A DNA stretch of 64,000 nucleotides from the human T2T-CHM13v2.0 reference genome, Homo sapiens. The position numbers and the translations under genes were made by a program. Shown here piece after piece: positions 51,522 to 64,000 of the stretch. The notes beneath the pieces are model-generated. The model had not been told where the DNA came from. It was given only the letters and a program-made list of their open reading frames with translations, and did no database searches. Numbering within the stretch: the stretch's first letter is position 1; every line of letters begins with the position of its first letter. The stretch lies in the NCBI RefSeq assembly GCF_009914755.1, contig NC_060947.1. One strand, written 5' to 3'.

Positions 51522-53361
51522 TAAGATAAATATGTTTAAAGTACCAAGTGGATAGGGTAGACAAGATGTTCAAATAGCTAAAGCTTTTTTTTTTTTTTTT
51601 TTTTTTTGCAAAAGGCAAGAAATTATGAAAAGGATCCCAATGAAAATATTACAAAAAGGTGTTATTGGACGTAAAGAATTATTGCAATTGGCTTATTGAC
51701 TGACTGATACCAAAAAGGAAAACTTACCAAAATTGAAGAAAAGTCAATAATTTTTTTTTCCCAAAGTGAAAAATAAGAAGAAACATATTTACTATGGCAG
51801 GAATATCATATGGGATAATATTAAACAGTCTAGCACAGGTATAACTGGAATAGCAGAAGGAAAAAAAAGAGTAAAAATAGAGTAGAAAAAAAATTGAAAA
51901 TATAATGGCCAACGATTTATCCAAATTTAAGTAACATATCAATCTGTAGATACAAGAAGTTCAGAGAAAGCCGAGAGTGATTAATACAAGTAAATAACAC
52001 TTAGCACCTCATTGCCAGAGAGCTGAAAATTTAAGATGAAGAAAAATATTTTGAAGGCAGCCAGAAAAAAAGATGTCTTTAATAAAGACAAACAATAGCA
52101 CAAATAAGGTAATTTGTTATCACAAAAAATGGAGTCTGGAAAACAATTAAACAGAATCATTTAAGTGATACAAAACTAATAAAACATCAGCCTAGAATTA
52201 TATCTCCAGAAAAATATTTTTTAAATGATGGGAAAATCAATACCTTCTTTTCCAAGCAAACAAAAGCTGAAATAAATAATTTGCAGCAGAGCTCAGCTGT
52301 AAGAAATCTTAAAAGAGGCTCTTTAGGCTAAAGAAAGTGATGCCACTTTTTCAGGAAGGAACAAAGATAGTATGAAGGAGCACATATGTCAGTAAGTATA
52401 TACTATTCTTGTTACATACACTCATCCATATGTTTAAAAAGATGTTTACACCATGGTATTAGTTTTTAAATATAAAACAGTATGAATATATTTTGTGAAT
52501 AAAGGCATACCTAAAAGTTAAATATATAACAAATAGGGCACAAAGACTAGGAGAGTGGTAATTGAATATATACAGTTGTAAGGTGTTAATATTGTTTGTA
52601 AAGTAGTAGAATGCTGCTTGAAGATAAGCTGTGAAATTACAGATACATGTTATAATCTTTATACAATAAACATACAACACTCCAAACACAAGCACATCTA
52701 AAACACTAACACGAGAAATGGAATGGGATGCTACAAAATACTTGATTTATTCCCACTTTTTAAAAGTAATAAAGGAGAAACAGGCACAAACAGCAGGCGG
52801 CACCAATGGAAAACAAACGCTAAGAGGGTAGACTTCAATCCAAATAAATCAATCACTATATCAAATATAATTAAACTAAATATCTTAAGGAAAAAATCAG
52901 AAATGGTCTGACTGTACATAAAAGGAAAAATCAAGTATATGTTTATTATAAAAACACATTAAATCTAAAGGTACATTCAGGTTAAAAATAAAAGCATATA
53001 TCATGGAAATATTAAGCATAAGAAAGCTAGCATGAGTATAACAGACACATAGACTGTAAAATGAAGAGTATTACCAAAGATAAAGGAAGAATTTCATAAT
53101 TTAGAAAGGATAAAGGAATAATTTCATAACTTTATAAAGGATAAATTTCATAATTTTAAAAGGATCAATTTATGAAGAAGATAATTATCTTAGTATATTT
53201 ACCTAATAACAAAGCTTCAAGATCCATAGAGTAAAATGACAAAAGTAGAAGAAAAAAGTAAACAAATTATGATTATAGTTGAAGATATCAATAATTTCCT
53301 CTCAGTAACTGATAAATCAATTAGATGCCAAATCACCAAAGATATAGAAGACTAAAAATAT

Positions 53362-56300
53362 TATTTTTCTCAGCATATGGATTATTCTCAATGATAGACA
53401 ATATGTTAAGTAACAAAAGAAGTAATAACACTTTCGAGAAATTGAAACAACATCAAGCATCTTCTCTGACCACAGTGGAATAAAACTAGAGATTTATATC
53501 AAGAGAAAATTTGGAAACTCATACAAATATATGGAAATTAAACAATATGCTTCTTAATGACCAATAGGTCAAGAAAGAGATTAAGAAGGAAATTGAACAA
53601 TTTCTTCAAATAGGTGATAATGGACACACAACATACCAAAATCTATGGGATACAGCAAAAGCAGTACTAAGAAAGAATTTTATAGCTGTAAGTGCCTACA
53701 CTGAAAACAGAAAACACTTAAAACAAACATTCTAAGGATGAATTTTAAAGAACTAGAAAAGCAAGAGCAAATCAAACTCAAAATTATTAGGAGAAAATAA
53801 ACAACAAAAATAAGAGCACAAATAAAATGGACATAAAAAAGCAATACAAATGATCATTGAAACAAATAGTCGGGTTTTTGAAAAGTTAAACAAAAACTGA
53901 GAAAACTTTAGCCAGACTAAGAAAACAGAAGAGATCTAAAAAAATAAAATCAGAAATAAAAAGGAGACGTTACTACTGCTACAGCAAAAAGTCAAACAAT
54001 CATTAGTGGCTACTATGAGCATCTTTATACCAATAAATTAGAAAATCTAGAAGAAATAGACAAATTTCTAGATACATGCAACCTTCCAAAATTGAACCAA
54101 AAAAAGTCCATACTTGAACACACCAATAATAAGTAACAAAAATAATGCCGTAATAAAAACTTTTCCAGTAATGAAAAGCCTGGAACCTGATGGCTTTCCT
54201 GTTGAATTCTACCAAATATTTAAAGAAGAAATAATATCAATTTTACTCAAACTAGTTCAAAAAATAAAGCAGTAGAGATTACTTCCAAACAAATTCTATA
54301 AGGCCAGTGTTACTCTGATACCAAAACCAGAAAAAGATACATTAAAAAAAAAAAAAACACAGGCCAATATTTCTGATGAATATTGATGCAAAAATCCTCA
54401 TCAAAATACTACTAGCAAATTGAATTCAACAATACATTAAAAAGATCATTCATCATGACCAAATAGGATTTATCCCTGGGATGGAAGGATGGTTCAACAT
54501 ACACAAATCAATCAATGTGATATGTCATATCGACAGAATGAAGAATAAATCCATATGATAATTTTAATTGATGATAAAATATGTTTGATAAAATTCAACA
54601 TCCTTTCATAATAAAAACCCTGAAAACTTGGGTATAGAAAGTACAAAATAAAAGCCATATACAACAGATCTAGAGTTAGTATTATACTGAATGGGGAAAA
54701 ACTGAAAGCCTTTCCTCTAATTTCTGGAACACGACAAGGATGCCCACTGTCACCACTGTTATTCAACATAGTACTGGAAGTTCTAGCTAGAGCAATCGGA
54801 CAAAAGAAAGAAATAAAGGGCACTTAAATTGGAAAGAAAGAAGTTAAATTATTGTTATTTTCAGATAATATTCTGTACTTTAAAAAACCTAAAGATTTCA
54901 TAAGAAAACTATTAGAACTGATAAACTACTAGAACTGATATCCTGCAAACTTGCAGGATATGTAATCAATATACAAAAATCAGTAGCATTTCTATAGCCA
55001 ACAGTGAACAATGTGAAAAAAACTAAAACGTAATTCCATTTACAATATCACACATAAAATTAAAGACCTAAGAATTAATTTAACCAAAGAAATGAAACAT
55101 GTTTATAATGAAAACTATAAAGTGCTGATGAAAGAAATTAAAAGGACACCAAAAAAATGAAAAGACATTCATGTTCATGGATTGGAAGATTTAATATTGT
55201 TAAAATGTCCGTGCTACCCAAAGCAATCCATAGTTTAAATGCAATCCCTATCAAAACGCCAAAGACATTTTTCACAGAAATAGACAAAACAATCCTAAAA
55301 TTTATTGGGAACCACAAATGGGCCAGAATAGTCAAACATATCCTAAGCAAAAAGAAGATTCTCATTACTGTACTTCAAATTACACTACAGAGCTACAATA
55401 ACCAAAACAGCGTAGTACTGCCATGGAAGCAGACAAATAGACCCGTGGAATAGAATATAGAGCCAAGAAACAAACCCACATACCTAGAGTGAATTCATTT
55501 TTGTCAAAGGTGCCAAGAACATGCACTGGGGAAAAGGCAGTCACTTCAATAAATGATGCTAGGAAAATGGAATATCCGTATGCAGAAGAATGAAACTAAA
55601 CCCCTGTCTCTAGCTATATACAAAAATCAAATCAAAATGGATTGAAGAGTTAAATCTAAGACTTTCAATTATGAAACTACTACAAGAAAACTTTGGGGAA
55701 AATCACCAGGACATTGGTCTAGGTACAAATTTCTTGAGCAATATCCCATAAGCATGGGCAAACAAACAAAAATGGACAAACGGAATCATATCAAGTTAAA
55801 AAGCTTATGCACAGCAAAGGATACAATCAACAAAGTGAAAAGACAATCAAGAGAATGGGAGAAAATATTTCCAAACTACCCATTTGAAAAGAGATTAATC
55901 ACCAGAATCTATAAGGACCTCAAATATCGCTACAGGAAAAAAAAATCAGTATATCAAAGAGATATCTGCACTCATATGTTGGTTGTAACATCATTTACAA
56001 CAGCTGAGATTTGGAAGCAACCTAAGTGTCCATCAACAGATGAATGGATAAAGAAAATGTGGCAAATATACACACTGAAATACTATTCAGCCATAAAAAA
56101 GAATGAGATGCTGTCATTTGCAACAACATGGACAGAACTAGAGATCATTAAGTTCAATAAGCCAGGCACAGAAAGGCAAACTTCACATGTTCTCACTAAT
56201 TTGTAGGATCTGAAAATCAAAAAAATTGAACTCATGGAGATAGAGAGTAGAATGATGGTTACCAGAAGATGTGAAATATAACTGGGCAGCTGGGAAGGAG

Positions 56301-56611
56301 ATGGGGATGGTTAATGGGTATTTAAAAAAATAGAATAAATAAGACCTAGTATTTGATAGCACAATAGGGTGACTACAGCCAATAATTACTTCACTAAGCA
56401 TTTTAAAATAACTTAAAGAGTATATTTGGATTGTTTGTAACACAAAGGATAAATGCTTAAGGGGATAGATACCCATTGTCCATGATGTGCTTATTTCACA
56501 TTGTATCCCTGTATCAAAACATTTCACATACCCCATAAATATATGTACCTATTATGTACCCACCCACAAAATTAGAAATAAATATATAAATAAATTTTTA
56601 AAAAGAAAAAA
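53362..56611 (+). mobile_element. L1MA2/3-like ORF2 + 3'UTR + A-tail, 5'-truncated, internal deletion near 55940
   Basis: ORF2 peptides [19 protein letters not shown] and WKQPKCPSTDEWIKKMW in ORF track, L1MA-type 3'UTR. Confidence 0.93.
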
Positions 56612-56764
56612 AGGATTTGGGAACTATTCTGATAAAAACATAATCAGTTTTTTCCAGAAGGAAATGTTTCTAACAATCATTGAAAATAAATCAATACTCA
56701 TATTATGATTAGACATAAGTGACTTTTAATTATTATTCTACTTAGCAATGATGATCAGTCCTTA

Positions 56765-57151
56765 ATACTGAAGACCTAAACTCTGGTTTCCATAAATGTG
56801 TCTGCATTGGAGTATTGGCTCCTTGCAGATACAATTCAGTTAAAATGAACTCATTAGTGTAAGCCCTAATCTTATATGATTCGTGTGCTTCTAAGAAGGG
56901 AAGAAGAGACGCAAACACAGATACATACAGGGAGTTATGTTTTCACAAGCCAACAAACACCTGGAGCAATAAGAAGCTAGAAGAAGCAAGGAAGGAGTCT
57001 CCACAGAGGCTTCAGAGAGAGAGAGTAACCATGCAAGGACACTGATTTTGTACTTCAAAACTTATAACTATGACAGAGTAAATTTCTGTGTTTAGTTCAA
57101 GCATTTAAGTTTTGGATACATTTTTTACAGCAGCCTTAAGAAACCAATACA
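56765..57151 (+). mobile_element. MLT1C-like LTR
   Basis: AGAAGCTAGAAGAAGCAAGGAAGGA...TTACAGCAGCCTTAAGAAACCAATACA. Confidence 0.8.
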
Positions 57152-58919
57152 CATAGTAAAGTCTCTTTACGCCTCAATAAAGTTTAAATTAGACCTCTTT
57201 ATCATATTATATGAATCTCCTCTACCATACACGAGACTGCTTCTTTCTCTTCTTTCGTAAGATATCTCCTGAGGCTCCATGTCTTTAGGGCTGCTAATAG
57301 GATATCAGGATTTTCTTCCTGAACTTACAAACTTACTGACCACTGGGAATGAGGATAGTGACTATAAGATAAAGAATAAATATTCCAATATTTCAAGAAT
57401 GAATAAGTGATGTAGTGGAGTTTTCTGTAATTGAAATCTTCCAAGAATATTATTCCATCTTGACTGACTCTTTCTTACCAATTTATTGTCTAGTGAGAGC
57501 ACCAGTGACTAGAATAAGTCTATACCTTCCAGAGTTTGCAACTTCTAGCTAGATTTTCCACCCCATTGATTAGAATCTCATATTATCAACATGGTGACCA
57601 AAATTAACTAAAATTCAAATATGGTTACTTTACTTCCTCATAAAACATCTGGAATCCAGTTTCTTCGTTGGTTTGTTTCCTGGAGTTAATTAGAACTTTT
57701 GTGGATTTGTAAGGGCTAGTTTCCAACTGCACTATTCACCTTTCTTAACAATTGCTTAAACATGGTTTCCCACTGCTGAATTTGCCAACTTTCTTCTTTA
57801 TTGTGGCTAGAATCCAGACTTTTCTTGACCTCATTTCTTTCCTTTCACTTGCTTTCTGTGCTGGCCTATGTTCCTATTTTTGTACCTTTTCTTGCACACA
57901 TGAAGACAGAGAACACACCAAATGACTTGACCTCTGATCATGACCCTCTCCACCTCCTCTACCTTACAGGTGTGTCTGTGTTCATGACACTAACCACTTT
58001 CATTGTGTTGGTTTTCTTGTTCTGAAGAGAGATGAAAATACCCACCATAATTTCTACATAATATCTGAAATATTTTATGAAACAGAGAAAATTGGGCATT
58101 CACTCTACTAACATCCAGTTACTAGACAACACAATAATCAGGCTATTTTTACATTCTTATTATAATTATGGACACATATTTTTTCTATTTCTTTATATAT
58201 AATAGCTGGTTGCACTTGACAGTCTTGATAATTCTTTAGAGATATTGCTTTTTAACTTAGTAAAAAATCTTTTAATTGACGAAGAATTTAATTGCACATA
58301 TTCTGGGGGTTCAGTATGATGTTTTGACACTTTTTTCAGATGATAATCATTGTCACTGTAAGAAACAAATAAAAGCTATTAATAGAAAGCTATCATAGAA
58401 TTTTACACAACACATATAATGTATAGTTTTCATATATAGGAAAGAAATGTTAAATTTATTTTTACCAAATGGTTTTACTTTTGATAGGCATAGTATATTT
58501 TATATAGTAGTATCCCTTAATTTGAAGTAATTTTTAAATAATTAGGTAAGCGTTGCCCCTATATTGCTAAAATCACTATTGTGGTTTACATTGTAATTTT
58601 CAAAACTGAAATTAAAAATTTCATTACAGATTAGCACAGTTCCCTGAGATATTATTTAAACTATATATTACCTTAAATCATATATACATGACATCACTCT
58701 TCTGTATTCTTCCCCTCACCCCAAAAACAAAACAAAACAAAATAAAAAGCATGCCATTTTAGAGCTATTGGTCTTTGTTCATACTGGACCTTCATCCTGG
58801 AATACTTTTCCCTAACTATAGAAACAATATTCGTCCCTAAAATCTTCTGCATATTTATGTTGTCACCTTCTGGGAAGAAGGAAAGAAACACACAAATACA
58901 CACTCTAGTATTTTCTGAG

Positions 58920-59115
58920 ATCTTACATATACCAGATGCTATACTAGACATGTTTGTAACACAATACCCATGCCCATTAGTTGTTTCCTCACTTTGCATA
59001 AGAAGAAACAGAGTCTTAAATATGTTAAGTACCTTGCCCAAAGTTGCACAAGCAATTCATGGAAGAATCAGCATCCAGCTCACTCTTATCTAACCCCAAA
59101 GCATGCGTTCTTTCC
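58920..59115 (-). mobile_element. MIR
   Basis: AAGAAACAGAGTCTTAAATATGTTAAGTACCTTGCCCAAAGTTGCACA. Confidence 0.75.
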
Positions 59116-59328
59116 ATGCTTCAATAGGTTAGCTCTAAAGCCCCATTCTTATAACATGCAGAAAGATACTTTTCTACCTGTAATATTAGACGAATTAAAT
59201 CAATTAGTTATTGAATGCTCACACCTTGTTTTAGTCACTGGCAAAATAATGTCAAGATAAACTTTACTACTGCCCTCCACAAGATAGAGAAAGCAAGTTA
59301 TTCATCAAGTTGACCTTGACTCTACAGC

Positions 59329-59439
59329 TAGAGTGACCACCGGCCTCAGTTTGATTGAGACTGCCAGTTTTAGCACTAGAAATCCCATAACCCAGGAAAC
59401 TATCCAGTAAAGGGCAAACTAGAATGGCTGATCACCCTA
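59329..59439. mobile_element. MER81 hAT-Blackjack MITE
   Basis: TIRs TAGAGTGACCA ... TGATCACCCTA, 111 bp. Confidence 0.8.
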
Positions 59440-59497
59440 CCATCACCTATACAGTAGAATCACCATGGAATGTTATTCTTAATTGAGACAGGGCTTC

Positions 59498-60532
59498 TGT
59501 GATGGTTAATGCTGAGTGCCAACTTGATTGGGTTGAAGGATACAAAGTATTGATCCTGGGTGTGTCTGTGAGGGTGTTGGCAAAGGATATTAACATTTAA
59601 GTCAGTGGACTGGGAGGGGCAGACCCACCTTTAATCTGGGTGGGTACAATCTAATCAGCTGCCAGCAGATAGGGATGCTGTTTGGAGCCTTTGGCAGGCC
59701 CCCATAGGTGAATCACTGTGGAGGTCTCTAGGATTTTGGAGCAAGGTCCTGCCATCTTCTGCAGATAACTACTCTCCTTTTGAGAGACAGCTCTTGGTCT
59801 GTTACTGGGCTTTGATGGAAACTGAAGGTTAGACTATGGGTCATCAAGTCACCATGCGACCTGAACTGCCTATCATGAACTGGGTGCTTCTGACCCATGT
59901 AGCCATGGAGTGCGGCGTGCACAGCAGCACTCCATCATGAAAGGAAAGTGGTATATATGTGACCAGGCACAAGTAGGTCCTGAAGGCACAAGTAAGTTAC
60001 ATAAGGAAGTGGCTCAAAGACCCATGTTCTCCACTCCTGCCACCCTGCCTTCTCTTGCCCAGCCTGCACCAATGGGCTCATGGGGAGTTCCTTATGAACA
60101 GTCGACAAAGGAAGAGAAGACTAGGGCCTGGTTCACAGATGCTTCTGCACAACATGCAGGCACCACCCGAAAGAGGACAGCTGCATCACTACAGCCCCTT
60201 TCTAGGACATCCCTGAAGGACAGCGGTGAAGGAAAATCTTCCTAGTGGGCAGAACTAGGATATGAGCAGGTAGAAAAATGTGAAAAGGGAGACTGGCATA
60301 GTCTTCCAGCCTACATATTTCTCTGGTGCTGGATGCATCCTGCCCTCGATCATTAGACTCCAAGTTCTTCAGTTTTGGAACTCAGACTGGCTCTCTTTGC
60401 TCCTGAGCATGCAGACAGCCTATTGTGGGACCTTGAGATTGCGTGAGTTAATACTTATTAAACTCCCCTTTACATATATTATATACATATATTCCATTAG
60501 TTCTGTTTCTCTAGAGAACCCTGACCAATACA
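59498..60532 (+). mobile_element. MLT2A1 (HERV-L) LTR in two parts: 59498-59666 and ~60255-60532
   Basis: TGTGATGGTTAAT...CTAATCAGCTGCCAGC and AGCAGGTAGAAAAATGTGAAAAGG...CTAGAGAACCCTGACCAATACA. TSD GCTTC/GTCTC. Confidence 0.92.
59667..60256 (+). pseudogene. HERV-L pol fragment (RT connection / RNase H N-terminus), disrupted
   Basis: ORF 59910-60245 contains KWYICD and TRAWFTDASA...LQPLSRTSLKDSGEGKSS, followed by stop then WAEL. Confidence 0.9.
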
Positions 60533-60546
60533 GTCTCGTTATGTTG

Positions 60547-61036
60547 TGTTGGGAGCAAGCCCCCCAGAATCCGGCCATAAACTGGCCCCAAAACTGGCCA
60601 TAAATAAAATCTCTGCAGCACTGTAACATGTCCATAATGGCCCTGATGCCCAAGCTGGAAGGTTGTGGGTTTACGGGAATGAGGGCAAGGAACACCCGGC
60701 CCGCCCAGGGAGGAAAACCGCTTAAAGGCATTCTTAAGCCACAAACGAAACTTGAACGATCTGTGTCTTAAAGGCATGTTCCTGCTGCAATTAATTCGGC
60801 CCATCCCTTCGTTTCCCTTAAGGGATACTTTTAGTTAATTTAATATCTATAGAAACAATGCTAATGACTGGTTTGCTGTCAATAAATATGTGGGTAAATC
60901 TTTGTTCGGGGCTGTCAGCTCCGAAGGCTGTGAGACCCCCGATTTCCCACTTGACACCTCTATATTTCTGTGTGTGTGCCTTTAATTCCTCTAGCGCCGC
61001 TGGGTTAGGGTCTCCCCGACCGAGCTGGTCTCGACA
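60547..61036 (+). mobile_element. MER9 (HERV-K HML-3 / HERVK9) solo LTR
   Basis: TGTTGGGAGCAAGCCCCCC...CCGACCGAGCTGGTCTCGACA, 490 bp, AATAAA at 60881, perfect 6-bp TSD ATGTTG. Confidence 0.93.
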
Positions 61037-61228
61037 ATGTTGTTCACGCTGGACTCAAACTCCTAGGTTCAACTGATCTGCTTGCATCAGCCTCCTAAAG
61101 TCCCAGGATTACAGGTATAAGCCATAGTTCCTAGCCATGGAATATTCTTAACACCCACAAGCTGATCAATTAAATATGGAGGGTGGACACAAACATTAAT
61201 ATTATTTAAAGGTGGCTGGAGTTAGGAA

Positions 61229-61413
61229 CCATTGTTCAAAAACAATGGGTTTTTTTCTGGACCAGCAGTTTAGGCGTCACCTAGATACTGGTTTGAAAAC
61301 AGATGCTGCTCCAGAAATACTTCATCAGAAATTCTGTGGGTAGAGCCCAGCAATCTATGTTGTAACAAGGCTTCTAGGTGATTCTAACGCATACTCAAGA
61401 TTGGGAATCACTT
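61229..61413. mobile_element. MER5A MITE
   Basis: TGGACCAGCAG...CATCAGAAATTCTG...CCCAGCAATCTATGTTGTAACAAG...AGGTGATTCT. Confidence 0.8.
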
Positions 61414-61604
61414 CTCTAAAGAAATGACAGGAATAAACCTGTCCCTAACAGTGATTCAAGTACAATTTTCTGCAGACACTGTGATTGTCAGCGTGTAGTC
61501 ATGTGGCTGATGTCCTTTTCCTTCTATGTATCATTTGAGACTTTTGCCATTATTTCATTCTACCTTGAATATGAGAAATGGTAACGTAATAATTTTGGAC
61601 TAGT

Positions 61605-64000
61605 TTTCTCCTGCTTTTCTAGTTCTTTAAGATGCATTTGTTAAATTGCTTATTTGAAATTTTTCATCTTTTTTTGACGTATGCACTTATAGCTATAAAC
61701 TTCCATGTTAATACTGCTTTTTCTGTATCCCATAGGTTTTGGTATGTTGTGTTTCCATTATCATTTGTTTCATAAAATTGTTAATTTTTTTTCTTAATTG
61801 CTTTGTTGTCCCACTGGTCATTGAGGAGCATATTGTTTAGTTTCTATGTATTTTTATAGTTTCCAAAATTCCTTTTGTTATTAATCTGTAGTTCTATTTC
61901 ATTGTGGTCAGAGAAAATTATTGATATTATTTCAATATTTTGAATGCTTTAAGACTCGTATTGTGACTTAATATATGGTCTATCGTTGAGAATGATCCAT
62001 ATGGTGAGGAAAAGAAGGTGTATTCTGCAGCTCTTGGGTGAAATGTTCTGTAAATATCTATTAGATCAATTTGATCTATGGTACAGATTAAATCCAAAGT
62101 TTCCTTGTTGATACTTTTTTTCTGGAAGATCTGTCCAATGCTGAAAGTGGGGTGAAGTCTCCAGCTATTATTGTATTAGTGCCTATCTCTTTCTTTAGCT
62201 CTAATAATATTTGCTTATATATCTGGGTGTTCAAGTGTTGGGTGCAAATATACTTAAAATTGTTATATTTTCTTTCTGATTCGATCCCTTTATATATAGT
62301 GACCTTCTTTGTCACTTCTTATAGTTTTTGTTTGGAAAAATATTTGTCTGATATAAGTATAGCTTCTTCGGCTCTTTTTTGGTTTGCATTGGCATGGAAT
62401 ATATTTTTCTATCTCTTTATTTTTCAGTCTATGTGTGTCTTTATAGGTAAAGTTTGTTTCTTTTTGGCCACAGAACAATGGGTCTTGTTTTCTCATCCAT
62501 TCAGCTAGTCCATGTCTTTGGATTAGAGAATTTAGGATGGTTACATGCAATATGAGTATTGATAAGTAAGGACTTACTCTTGTCATTTTTTTGTTTTCTA
62601 GTTTTTTGGTGGTATTCTCTTCTTTCTTTTCTTCCTGTCTTCTATTAGTGAAGGTGCTTTTCTCTGGTGATACAAATTAGTTTCTTGATATTTATTTTTT
62701 TGTGTATCCATAGTATTTCTTTTGGATTGAAGTTACCAAGAGGCTTGCAAATACTATCGTATAACCATTATTTTAACCTGATAGGAATTTAACGTGGTTT
62801 GCATAAACAAACAAGCAAAAAGAAAATTAATAAAAATTCTATGCCTTAACTTTATCTTCTCTAATTTTTAAATTTTGTTGTTTCTGTATCTTATGGTACT
62901 GTTCATGTCTTGAAAACTTTTTGTAGTTATTATTTCCGATTGGTTTATAATTTAGTCTTTCCAATTAGGATACAAGTAGTTTACAATCCACAGTTACAGT
63001 GTTATAATACTATGTGTTTTTCTGTTTACTTACTATTACTAGTGAATTTTGTATCTACAGGTGATTACTTTTTATTTATTAATATTCTTTTCCCTCTAAT
63101 TGAAGTACTCCCTTTAGCATTTCATGTAGGACAAGTCTGGTGTTGAAGACATCCCTCTGTTTTTGTGTATCTGGAAAAGTCTGTATTTCTCTTTCGTGTT
63201 TGAAGAATATTTTCACTGGATATACTATTCTAGGCTAAAAGGTTTTTGTTTTATTTTTCTTCAGTGCTTTAAATATGTCATGCCACTCTCTCATGGCCTG
63301 TGTTAAACCTGTTTAGTGTTCTATAACCTTCTCATACTTGAATATCGATATCTTTCTCTGGGTTTGGGAAGTCCTTTCTTACTATCCCTTTGAATAAACT
63401 TTCTACCCCTATCTCTTTCTCTACCTCTTCTTTAAGGCCAATAACTCATAGACCTGTTCTTTTGAAGCTGTTTTCTAGATCCTGTATGCGTGCTGTATTG
63501 TTTTTCATTGTATCTTTTTTTAATCTCCTCTGACTGTATATTTTCAAATAGCCTGTCTTCAAGCTCACCATTTCCTTCTCTGCTTGATCAATTCTGCTAT
63601 TTAAAGACTCTGATGCATTCTTAAGCACATCAATTGCATTTTTAGCTCCAGAATTTCTACTTCATTTTTAAAAATTATTTTAATCTTTTCGTTAAGTTTA
63701 TCTGATAGAATTCTGGATTTATTCTCTGTGGTATCTTGAATTTCTTTGTTTTTCTTCAAAACAGCTCTTTAGTATTATCTGTCTGAAGAGTCACATATCT
63801 CTGTTTCTCCAAGATTATTTCCTGATTTCTTACTTAATTTATGTGGTGAGGTTTATTTTCCGGCATGGTGTTGATGCTAGTGGATGTTCTTTGGTGTCTG
63901 GGCATTTAAGAGTTAAGTATTTGTGGTGGTCTTCACTATTTGGGCTTGTTTGCACCCATCCTTCTTGGGAAGGCTTTCCAGATATTTGAAAGGATTTGAG
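61605..64000 (-). mobile_element. LINE-1 (L1MA1-3-like) ORF1 / inter-ORF / ORF2 EN, runs off window end
   Basis: Minus-strand peptides MTRVSPYLSILILHV...QKETNFTYKDTHRLK, TIIAGDFTPLSALDRSSR and LKNASESLNSRIDQAE. Confidence 0.93.

Larger units (their letters stand above)
59483..61136 (-). mobile_element. FLAM / Alu left monomer split in three (59483-59497, 60533-60546, 61037-61136)
   Basis: Pieces rejoin to TTGAGACAGG-GTCTCGTTATGTTG-TTCACGCTGGACTCAAACTCCT...GGATTACAGG. Flanks ATGGAATGTTATTCTTAA / ATGGAATATTCTTAA form a TSD. Confidence 0.85.

Overview
Repeat-dense, AT-rich primate DNA (AluY plus a MER9/HERV-K LTR suggest a catarrhine, probably human), intergenic or deep intronic. I find no supportable protein-coding exon: the ORF-track hits are L1, ERVL, MaLR or Alu remnants, microsatellite read-through, or chance frames. 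The window holds several large L1 pieces, five Alus and a FLAM, many MIR/L2/L3 relics and MaLR LTRs, a two-LTR MST provirus (26295-28691), hAT fossils and a full-length 7SK pseudogene (39024-39352). The most unusual structure is at 59483-61136. There a FLAM monomer is split by an MLT2A1 LTR that carries a ~590-bp piece of its own HERV-L pol in mid-LTR, and by a MER9 LTR 14 bp further on. Also notable are a perfect 127-bp tandem duplication (42790-43048) and three separate fold-back or templated-insertion scars (14871-14949, 22652-22712, 54907-54961). Family names come from my recall of consensus sequences, not from a database search, and boundaries of old repeats are approximate. I see no evidence here for a new gene system.
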